A DNA stretch of 63,003 bases, counting the filler, from Olpidium bornovanus S191 (taxonomy: Eukaryota; Fungi; Olpidiomycota): assembly GCA_017911155.1 (NCBI GenBank). It is 27 parts of 27 records of this genome, joined end to end, with 100 filler letters (N's around TTAATTAATTAA, not from the genome) between each part and the next. Parts side by side here need not be neighbours in the genome. Positions count along the whole stretch, not along the records: positions 11,705 to 13,092 come from JAEFCI010000977.1; positions 13,193 to 14,774 come from JAEFCI010006221.1; positions 14,875 to 17,678 come from JAEFCI010002414.1; positions 17,779 to 19,634 come from JAEFCI010005948.1; positions 19,735 to 21,519 come from JAEFCI010004628.1; 22 more parts are not named here. One strand, written 5' to 3'. Below, in pieces: positions 11,705-21,619 of this stretch. Each line of letters opens with the position of its first letter. Position 1 is the stretch's first letter. The translations under genes and the position numbers were made by a program. The notes beneath the pieces were generated by a model. That model searched no databases, was not told the origin of the DNA, and was given only the letters and a program-made list of their open reading frames with translations.

Positions 11705-13092
11705 CATGCACCGTTCGACTGAGAAACCGAAGGCGACCAACGAGGCGGAATTAAGCGAGTTTTCGCCACGAAATCACCGAGTGACATTACGCGAACCACG
11801 CCCGACGGAATATACTCGTGGTTCATCTTACATACCTTCCCAGTTCGCGAGCTCAACATCAAAGTCAATCTTTCTTTTGGCCTCCAGCAGCTTAAACTCT
11901 TCCTCAAGCAGCCTCTTGCCCTCGTCTCTGCATCGCTCCATCTTGAGTTGGCCGTCAAAAATTAACAAAGACGACGCAGTGTGCGAGTCAGTAAATGTGA
12001 CACACAGGTAGAGTCCCTTCCCGCGAGCTCTGGCCTCGACCGAAAGGCGCGGAAAACAACGCAGCTCGAAGAAAAGACGAGGAGCATGCCTCCTTCTCCT
12101 TTTCAGGCGCCCAGGCAATTCTTTGGAGAGGTTTGCCGACCTGCGGCTTTGACGGGCTGAAGCTGCCTGCGGAGCCGTGGGACGGCGTATGCGGGAAGGG
12201 CGGCCTCCTGTGCGGCGAGGGAGCGTATGGCGGTGGCGGCGGACGCGCGGGCTTAAAAGGCGGTTGCGGCCCAGTTGGCACGGGAACGGGCCCTGCATAC
12301 AGGACCCCGCGACCGGACGGCGGCAGCGGCGGCCCTCCTACTAATCCTCCTCCTTCACGTGCGGGAAATTGCGGCGAGATTCGTCGGTTGGAGAAGCTCT
12401 CCCTCTGCTGAGGAAGCGGCTTGTAGGAACGGTGGAAGTCGGGCACGGCCCCAGCACCGGCCGTGTTCCAGGGCCGCACCGCTGACGGGAGGTGATACGA
12501 CGACGAGGACGGCGACGGGCCGCGCGCTGGAGGTGCCATTGGCGGACCGTAGTAGCGCTGCTGCGGCGGCCCCGAGGGCATTCTCCGGTGGTGCTGCTGC
12601 TCGCGCTGCTCGTACCCCGGGCTCCGTCGCCGCGGGCTTCCGCGGAACGGATTCGCCCGGTCTTCGTGGACCCAGTCGGGCCTGTGACGCTCCGGGCTGT
12701 CCCAGGCGTCGCCGGACGCCCAGCGTTCCCGCCCGCCCCCTCTTCCCCCTCTGGCCGCAACCCTGCCGCCGTCACGATCCGTCATTTGTTCGTCCCCGGC
12801 CTTGCGGAGGTGGTGGACCCGAGGTTGGGCTGGGAGGAGGCGAACTTGGTCGCGCCGAGTAAAAAAAAAAACCACACGACTTTTGCCGGGCATGTTTGCA
12901 CACACAACACTTCATGGAACGCAAATTTGATCGGGCTTCAAAATGCTCTCACTCCTGTCCGCCCGACGTTTCATGCCAAGTGCAGCACGCTTTCCGAGCA
13001 CGTACGCGAATGCTCACACCCCAGGCGTTGTTTCACCAGCGGCATAGTTGAATTCTCCCGCAGATCCGTTCTTCCAGATGTAAATAAAAAAG
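11705..13092 (-). CDS. Unidentified Pro/Arg-rich protein with a short C-terminal coiled coil (partial)
   Basis: A long Pro/Gly/Arg-rich frame (11988-12905) followed by an exon KMERCRDEGKRLLEEEFKLLEAKRKIDFDVELANWE with a GT donor. No named family. Confidence 0.45.
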
Positions 13093-14874
13093 NNNNNNNN
13101 NNNNNNNNNNNNNNNNNNNNNNNNNNNNNNNNNNNNTTAATTAATTAANNNNNNNNNNNNNNNNNNNNNNNNNNNNNNNNNNNNNNNNNNNNCCATGGGG
13201 TTTTTCTACGGAAAACCCGCCTACTTTGCCCTCCCCGGACAATTGTGCTTTCGCGCTCTCTTTTTCCATTGCAAATCATCAAGCTTTTGATTCTTCTTTC
13301 ATCATTCAACCAGTTGGTCCTGTCGGTTCCCCCCTTCCTCGCCATCCCCCTCTATCCTCCTCCCCTTCTTCCCCTGTATCGCTTGGGCGCCCTTATCTGG
13401 TGCGGAGCGCTCTTCGCGTGTGTTTTCTTCCTGTGGTGGCCCGGAATTTGGCCGGTCTCTCCCGGCGACAGGTTCGTCCTGGTACGCGCCAAGTGTGCAA
13501 TTGGCCCTCCGGAGTCCAAGGGTCAGAAAACCGGGGTAGCCGGTTACTTCGGGCTGGATGAATCAGAGCAAGATTTTGCAAAACGGAATCCAAAAGATCG
13601 CACCCGGCCGGCGACAATCTCCACGTGTTTGGCCAAGATTTACCCCGGATGATGAGCCGCGCGTGGTCTAAATGGAAAAGCTCGCGGGCGCTGGTGGAGC
13701 TGGTGCGGTTTCGCAAAGCGGCTGCTCCAGGTCCGTATTTCCGTCTGGAATGCTCCAGTCGGGGCACAATTTTAGATTTCCCTCGGAGCTCCTGAAGCTT
13801 TAGAAAGCAGCTTGCACAGCGTGAAATCTCCCGTTTTGTATGGTGCCGGGCGGACTCGACCTGCCAATTTCGGCTTGAACAGCATGCATCAAAATTGAGG
13901 TCTTTATTCTTGTCTGAAAGTTTTTCCCCCCCGTGTTTAGTCGTTTCCAACTGAAAGCCAAGAAAACGAACCAGCCCGAGCACCAAACCACGTCTGCCAC
14001 ACGGACGCACAATTTGGGCTCCCGAATCAGAGGCTGCCGAAGCAGGGTCCGCAAACCTGCATGCTGCAGGTGAAGTCAAGTGGAGATTCCGGTCTCCTGC
14101 CGCCCAGCCCTGTCCACAGAGTCTGATTGCTTTACCAATGGGGAGGACTGCCGGTTAGTTGGCAACTCAGTCATGATCTCCGGTGTACAAGAGTGGCTTG
14201 TGGCCGCTGCGTGACCACTCGAGGCCGTTCACTGTGTTATCAATGAGTGGCCCGCGCGCCTGGGGTCGTGGCGTATGTCCACATCCTGACCTGCCAAGTT
14301 CACGCAATCTGATGGCAGGGCTGTTGGGGTTGATGTTTCCCGCGATTCCGGGGCGGTAACGATCCGCCCTGTGATGCTGGGCTCACTGTGGCTCGGCCGG
14401 CGTGCTCGAAGGGGCAACGGCACGGGCGGGACGGGGACCCATGGTCTGGAAACGCTTGTTCCTTTCTCGTGTGCTTTATGTTCGGTTTTGAACTCCGAGA
14501 TCGGACTGGAGACTCGCTGTGTACCAAGCTGTCGACAGGCCATTCGATCAAAGCTGTTCGAGCTTCGAACAGATGCGCACGCACGCTCATTAGCGCGATC
14601 GCGAAGCGAATCAGAAACCGCGCAACCCGGGGCCCGGCAACAGCCGATAAAAAACATGGATGATTGTAGTGGACACTTTATTATTCCCTCATTCCTCCGC
14701 CGAACGCATCGCCTTCCATCAATGTACTGTTCGACCCCGATGCCTTCCGTTTGATCTCAATGCTTTCCGTTCGANNNNNNNNNNNNNNNNNNNNNNNNNN
14801 NNNNNNNNNNNNNNNNNNTTAATTAATTAANNNNNNNNNNNNNNNNNNNNNNNNNNNNNNNNNNNNNNNNNNNN

Positions 14875-15147
14875 CATGCGCGGAAGGTGCCCCTCAAAGT
14901 TGGGGACCGGGTGCTAAAGTTTGCCAGCTGGAAAGAGACCAGCTGGAGTGGGAAGCTCAAGCAAGATTGGGTGGGACCCTACCGGATTCTCCAGGACAAT
15001 GGCAATGGAAGTTATGCAGTTGGACAAGTGAAGGAAGGGCCCAGGGCATCAGAGGGGGCCGCCATCGCAGGGCGCAGGCTGACGCTGTATCACACACGGG
15101 GTCCTCAGGAGGTACCCTTCGAGACTCCAGACAAGACGAAAGCCTGA
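14875..15147 (+). mobile_element. Ty3/Gypsy integrase C-terminus (GPY/F module)
   Basis: RKVPLKVGDRVLKF...GKLKQDWVGPYRILQDNGNGSYAV, stop at 15145-15147. No chromodomain follows. Confidence 0.85.
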
Positions 15148-15197
15148 CCTGGAGGATAAGAACAGAGAAAACTGAGGCAGGTCTCTGCTCTCGGGGG

Positions 15198-15761
15198 TGG
15201 ATATGGGGGGTGACACTTACATTACACTCTGGGGCTTTGATTTTCTTCTTCTTGGGGCTTTGCTTTTCGTCGTCTTTCTTTCTTTCTTTTTCTTTCAGTT
15301 TTTTCAAGGAAATTTCATCCCTTTTAACCCTTTTTCGAATTAACCTTGTTCCAATTTAGCCTTTGTCCAAATTTAACCTTTCTGCATTATAACTTTTTTT
15401 GAGGTCACTTTAAACTTTTTTGACATCACCTTAAATATTCTTGAGGGCGCTTTAAGCTTTTTTGACATCAGTTTAAACTTTCTTTTGATGTCGCTTTAAA
15501 CTTTTCTCGCGTCACTTTAGCTTTGTGTCTCTATTTTAGCTTTGTGTCTCTATTTTAGCTTCGTCTCTCTATTTAGCTCCTGCACAGCTGCTCTGGAGAC
15601 CTGAGCTTAATCCCCAGCCCTGGGTATATAACCAGGCCCCAACCTCCCCAACTTTGCAAACTTATGGCATAGACATGCGCTGAAGAAAGGAAGATTGAGC
15701 GAAAAAGAAGTTGGAAGAAATCCTTGAGCTGAAGTCCCTCTCCTGGGTGATTGTCCCTCCA
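15198..15761 (+). mobile_element. Probable 3' LTR of the plus-strand Gypsy element
   Basis: Begins TGGA after a G-run (15193-15197) about 50 bp past the integrase stop and ends TCCA at 15761. AT-rich, with TATATAA at 15625-15631 and internal tandem repeats. An alternative 5' boundary is TG at 15211. No second LTR is present to confirm it. Confidence 0.55.
15405..15576. repeat. Short tandem repeats inside the putative LTR (about 22-bp TTTAAACTTTTTTGACATCA-like unit and 20-bp TTTAGCTTTGTGTCTCTATT unit)
   Basis: Several degenerate copies of the first unit, then about 3 copies of the second. Confidence 0.75.
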
Positions 15762-17678
15762 CACCGTTGAGCAGGTCCTCATCATTCCCACGAGCGCGCT
15801 GCAGTCCGTTTCGACCACGACATGCCGGCCCAGGACCGACCGGCATTCTAGGCTCAGCGCCGTCTCCACAGCAAGCAGCTCGCGCTTCATCTGCCCGTAG
15901 TTGCGTTGCGCGACTCGGAATGTTTTTGCCCCGAACCATGCCGGCTTCCGGACTCCGTCAACGTCCTGGCTCAGGACCCATCCTGCCGCCCTCGGGCTCG
16001 CATCGACCGTCAGAACGATTTGACCCACGTCCCGAGCGTAGCTCAGCGGCCGGAGCACTGGCACCCGGCTTAATCTCATCTTCAGCTCGCGTTCGGATAT
16101 TATCGATGTCGACGTTTCGTACCGAAGTCCCCAGTGGCAACGCCCAACCAGCGCCGCATCGCACTTCTCGGTCCACGCTCAGGCCGCCCCCTTTCAAAGC
16201 AAGCCATACAACGGCTCGGCGACATTGGTGTAGTGGGGAATAAACATCCGGTAGAACCCGACCGTGCCCAAGAGTCGACGTACCTTGCTCACCGACCCGC
16301 ACGGCCCCATCCGGTCGATGGCCGCGACCTTCGACCGTCCCGGCGCTTGCCCCGCCTCGTTGCATACGAACCCGACCACCCCGATCTCTCGCCGCCCGAA
16401 GCTCGACTTCTTACCCGAGAAGGTCACCCACGCTTTGATCGCGCGCCGCAGGATCGCCGCGACATCCTGGGCATGGTCGTGCACGAACTTTTGAACCCCT
16501 GGGGTCACTTCGTATTCGTCTCGCGTGTCGTAGCGTCCTCCTCGCATCGGCAGGTCGTCAATGAAGGGCAACGTGACGCGCGGGATAAACGCGCCGAAAA
16601 TTTCGCTCAGCTTGGCCTGCACATGCCCAACCGAGTTCGTCGCGCCCATCCCTACAACGCCCAACCGAAGTAGCCCCAGCGGCGTCTGCATCGCCGTCAA
16701 CTCTCGCGACGCCAGCTCCAGTTGGAACTGGTCGTAACCCGAGAACAGGTCGGCCATCGAATAAATCGCGCGCGCTGCAAACAGTTCGACGTAGTCATCT
16801 AAGATTGAGGTGTAAGATCGGGGCCACGCCCGAGTTTCGAATCGTCACCGCATTCACCGGCTGTAAGTCCTGGATAAATCGCAGGCTCCCGTCCTTTTTC
16901 GGGACGGTGAACCAACGGTTTGCATACGGCCCCTGGGCGGGCTCGAGAACGCGCCGCGCGATTCGAGCTCGAAGCAGCTCCCGCAGTTTATCATAATGGG
17001 CCCTCGGGATCAGCAGCGGCTTCAGTTTCCACGGCACATGCGCCGTGGTGAAAATGACCATTGGCGCCACGATCCGCGGGTCGACCGAGTTAATTTCGTC
17101 GTCGTCGAACGCAAAGGCTCTGCCAAGCGGCCGGATTATCAACCAAAACAGGGCGATCTCCGGTTCGCTCAGCAATCCATCTCCTCCAATCTGCAGCTGC
17201 GCGAGGGTCGCCACGGTAAAATGGTGCCCGATAGACGCCGCCGGCCGCAACCGCGGCTCGGCCCAAGCTTGTTCGATCCGTTCCTCTGCCCCCAGCGGCA
17301 GCTCCTCCGCCATCGGCCACACCTTCCGAGCCACCGGCTTGTACGCCGCGTACACCTTTGCTTCCGCTTCCGGAGGGGTCGGCAGCTTTGGGAGTAGCCG
17401 CGCAAGCAGCGCCACTTCCGCTAAGGACGTCAGAGCGACCCGCCCGCCGGCGTCCATCGCTCGGAGCGCCGCTTCGAAGCGTTCCTCAGGGCCTTCTGCA
17501 AAAACCTCCTCGTAGAGCCCCCACGTCCGCTCGTGGTCCGCCTCCGTTTGCTCATTCTCGGCAATCGCCCTTCGCCGTTCTAATCAACATCGAACTCGGC
17601 GGCAGAGCGCCTCCTGCGGGACATGGCACGCCAGGCCGATGCGTTTGTGAGCGTGGATCACAAAGACACGCGACGCGG
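15762..17678 (-). mobile_element. Ty3/Gypsy pol (RT-RNase H), frameshifted and truncated
   Basis: YKPVARKV..., QGPYANRWFTVPKKDGSLRFIQDLQPVN, DLFSGYDQ, MGATNSV, PFIDD, FLG-like TVGFYRMFIPHY, and RNase H LTVDASPRAAGWVLSQ...QRNYGQMKRELLAV...VVETDCSAL. A 13-bp insertion at about 16800-16818 shifts the frame. Confidence 0.95.
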
Positions 17679-18975
17679 NNNNNNNNNNNNNNNNNNNNNN
17701 NNNNNNNNNNNNNNNNNNNNNNTTAATTAATTAANNNNNNNNNNNNNNNNNNNNNNNNNNNNNNNNNNNNNNNNNNNNCATGTTTCCATCCGGATTCGTA
17801 TGATCAGATTCACGCATTAATGCAGGTGGATTCGCCATTGTGGTTTGGCCAAGCAAAACGTAAGCGGCAATTGGTTCCAAAACAGAGAATTATAAGAATG
17901 AATAGAAGCAGAACTTGCTAAACATTGGTTGGCTGCACCTCCCCGACCTTCGACATCAAATGGCTGGCGCGTGTGCCAAAAACGTTGAAGCTTTCCTTCG
18001 GTCAGTCGGGATCCCGGAAAACCCGACGCAAATTGGACTTCCTTGTTCTTCCCTCCAAAATCGAATATTGCGGCCCAACGGGGCCCACAAGGCACGGGGT
18101 ATGACCCACATTGCCGCGCGGCGAGCGCCCGTCGCGCGCCGTTCGCACCCAGCTCCGGGCGCGCCGCTTGCGCGCGGCCCGACGCGGCGCCTCACAGCTC
18201 GCGGCAACTTCGACGGTCTCTCCGGCGAATCGGCCGCTCTACTCACAGCTCCCCCCGCGCTGTTCGTCCGCATCCCATCCGATGCCACTCGTTCGCGGTC
18301 CGGAACGCGTCTCCGTCGGGCTCAAAATCAGCCCGGCCGGAGCGATCACCGAGCGACCACGACGGCAAACGGGTCCGAAATGACGCTCCCGGCATCACTA
18401 GAAGACGAATGCGATAAAATGGCACAAGCAGTGAGATCCGCCGCTCGGCATCGAGACGACGCGAGAAAACGAACACCCGTGGTCGCGCGAACAAACCCCG
18501 TAGATGACATTTAACAACCCCGATATTATCGATAAGCTACGGGGCATGGGAGTTTCGGCGCCAATCCCACGCCATGACTAAAACCCCGATGGCAAAACTC
18601 GAGGGCTACGGCCCTGATAATGCTGGTTCTAGCGGTAGCCGTTAACCCCGCGCTGACAACAGGGCTGTCGCGCAAAACGGGGATGGGACCGCCGGCCCAG
18701 CCGATTGGCCGCGTCCGGTAAGTCTGAAGGAGGAGACGCCATCGATCAAGGAACCCATGCAAGAGACGATTGGTGTGGCAAACAGAATACTAGTACGCGC
18801 CAGCACCGCACGCGCATGCCACGTCCGAATGATTGATTCGATCGATGACGATCACAATCGAGATCGAGATGACCGTCACCGCGACCGTCACCGGCGTTAT
18901 CATGGCCACCGGCGTAAACAGCAAGGCAGCTCACCCAACTCCAGGCCGTCATCAGATTATTTTCCGACTCTGAAG

Positions 18976-19634
18976 ATGAGCGGGAACGCCGCGACTGCCG
19001 CCGTCACCGCCGTCGGGAACGCTGGCGGCCAAGGCGACGCAGACACAGTCCTGCTCAAATGGTACCAGTCGGATATTCCCAAGTACGCCGGCCAAAACGG
19101 GGACACCAAATCGGCCGTTTATAATCACCGCCTCAGAGTGTACCAATCGCTCGCCCGACATTCCGCCGCCGGCCTCATCCTACTCGCAACTTTGAAGTTC
19201 ACCGGCGATGCCATTATTTGGTGGCTCGATCGATGCCAGACGGCCAAGGCGGATGCATCAAAGCGGATGACGACCTGAAACGCGTTCAGGGACGCTCTAC
19301 GGCGACAATACGTGCCAATCGATGTGGCCGAGAAGCTGTGGAAGCAACTGATCGTAAAATCTCGTTCTACGATGCAATTGCCGACTATAACAGAGCGTTT
19401 ATGCGAATCGTGATGCAGATCCGGTCAACCGTTTCCGAGCACATGCTGGTCAGTCAGGACTTCAAGGGGCTCACCAACAAGGACGGCACGCCGTCACGGA
19501 TCCACGACCTCGTCATGACAGACCCCAATCATCGAGATTCCTTAATGGCGGTCCAGCAAATCGCCGCACACTTCTGCCAGGGGAGACAGAAAAAGGACAA
19601 GACGAAGTACGGCGCCGGCGGCGCCGCGGCCAAC
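18976..19634 (+). pseudogene. Degenerate LTR-retrotransposon gag (Retrotrans_gag-like)
   Basis: LKFTGDAIIWW...MTT*NAFRDALRRQYVP...[frameshift]...IADYNRAF matches the gag core pattern (L.G.A..WW...tW..F...L...Y...Y...F). TGA at 19276-19278 sits where Trp is expected. Confidence 0.75.
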
Positions 19635-20230
19635 NNNNNNNNNNNNNNNNNNNNNNNNNNNNNNNNNNNNNNNNNNNNTTAATTAATTAANNNNNNNNNN
19701 NNNNNNNNNNNNNNNNNNNNNNNNNNNNNNNNNNCATGTCGGAGGAAATCGACGAAGATCAACCGCGAGGGAAGGAGAAATCTGCCGGAAGATGAGCCTT
19801 TTCGGGTTCTGATCCTCGCCCGGACGAAAGCTGAAGAATAGACACGGTCCAGCCAGCAAGCCCACCGTCGGCCGGCAGCAAAGTCTTGGGCGGGCGTGGG
19901 CTTAAGGAGCAATTCTCAGTCCGTGCCTCTCGGTGGAGGACAATCACCCGGGCGGGGAAGTCCGACCGGCCCGTGCCGGGGAGGAAGGGGGGAGGGGGGG
20001 TGTGGGAGGGTGTTGGGTGAGAAGGAAACCCCTGTAGTCCCTTTGAGACTGGATTTATTTGGAAGGTGGATCGGCTAGGATAGGTGCAGATATCGCCGCA
20101 GCGGGGGTAAGGTGTCTCCATGGAAACATCCATCCGGGCATCACAACTTTTATTTTCCGTCGGCCAGTGGCGTCGCGTCAACAGCAGCCGGCAGCAACGG
20201 CCGGCAGCAACCGCCGGCAGCAACTGGAGG

Positions 20231-20290
20231 CAGCAGGCAGCAGGCAGCAGGCAGCAGGCAGCCGGCAGCAGGCAGCCGCAGCCGCAGCAG
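20231..20290. repeat. 7-bp CAGCAGG tandem repeat
   Basis: About 5 near-perfect copies plus degenerate GCAGCC copies upstream of the CobW gene. Confidence 0.8.
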
Positions 20291-20608
20291 CACCACGCGC
20301 TGTCACACGCCCCGCATTGCATCGTTCCTTTATTTTTTTTTTCTTTTTTCTTGCGAACGACGGAACGACCGCGGGGTGCCTTCCCCGCTTGCGGGAAAAT
20401 CACCCCCCCCCTTCCCGACCCCCCCGCGGCCAACGTCATCACCAACAACAACAAACCGGCCCCTCGAGAAACGCGACGCCCCCACTCGCCCGGTCTTCTG
20501 TTGGCAATAGCGCCCCGCCGCCGGAGCTGATTCGTTTACGCCCCGGCCAGGCCCCGCCTCCTTCTTCCTCTCCCCTCCCACGCGGTGAACGGAAAAAAGC
20601 GGGCGCGC

Positions 20609-21475
20609 ATGTCCGCAACGACTTCCTCCCCATCCGTTCCTGTGACGGTTTTCTCCGGGTTCGTTGGTGCAGGTGGGGCCTGGAAGGAGTCCCGCCTTAG
20701 GACAGCACACACACACGCACACACACCCCGGCGCCCCTTTCCTTCGCGTCCTCACTCCCCCCCCCCCTCCGTTCTTGCATCGACGCAGGGAAAACGACCG
20801 TTATCCTTTCCTTGGTGAAGCGCTTGCCGAAGGACTACAAAGGTGGAGAGTGCTATCTTGCGGTGTTCCCCTGTTCCCGCCCACTCCTCCCCTCCCAACC
20901 CCGCTTTGGCGTTTTGCGAGTGCCGCGCGCTGTCTGACGGGCAAGATCCGGCTTACTTCGCGCCCGCCGCGTCCAGTATGCGTGCTCAAGAACGAGTTCG
21001 GCGACGCGGAAACGGATAGCGAACTCGCGCGCGAGAGCAACCTGGACATCCAGGAGATGATCAACGGCTGCATATGCTGGTTCGTCCGTTTGGTTCTCCG
21101 GCTGGGAAACTTGATCCCCTGGCAGTCCGACGGGCCCCGCATCGCCGGCTCCCTTCGTCTGACTTTGGGACGGTCCCAAACGGCAGCGTCCTCGTCGGTC
21201 AGATGAAGACGGCCCTGCTTGAGATCAAGGGTGCGCCCCCGAAAACTGCCGGGAACGAGCGTCAGTGTCCCCACGGCCGGCGGGCGGCAAAATGCCCACC
21301 GGCCTCTCGTTCGAAACCTCCTGGATTCCCCCCCCCCTTCCCCCCACGCCCCCACCGCAGAAAAGTATCATCCAGATAGAATCATCATCGAAACCTCCGG
21401 GTCCGCGTTCCCCGCCCCGATCGCGTGGCAGATCAGGCAGATGGAACCGGACGGTTTCGCGTTAGACGCCAGTGA
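20609..21475 (+). CDS. COG0523/CobW-family (ZNG1/CBWD-like) zinc metallochaperone GTPase, 3' truncated
   Basis: Spliced: MSATTSSPSVPVTVFSGFVGAG|KTTVILSL...VCVLKNEFGD...EMINGCIC|CVLVGQMKTALLEIK|EKYHPDRIIIETSGSAFPAPIAWQIR. Walker A, NEFG, GCxCC and IETSG motifs are all present. Confidence 0.92.
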
Positions 21476-21619
21476 GTCGGCGTTGTCCGCGATTCTTCCC
21501 CCCCCCCCCCCCCCCCCCCNNNNNNNNNNNNNNNNNNNNNNNNNNNNNNNNNNNNNNNNNNNNTTAATTAATTAANNNNNNNNNNNNNNNNNNNNNNNNN
21601 NNNNNNNNNNNNNNNNNNN

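Noticed and set aside
13193-14774. Several 130-230 aa ORFs on both strands
   Set aside because: No motif, codon bias or splice chain was convincing enough to choose a strand or product.
18770-18790. TGG-starting sequence upstream of gag as a candidate primer-binding site
   Set aside because: It is not preceded by a clear LTR-terminal CA, and its complement does not fit a canonical tRNA 3' end.
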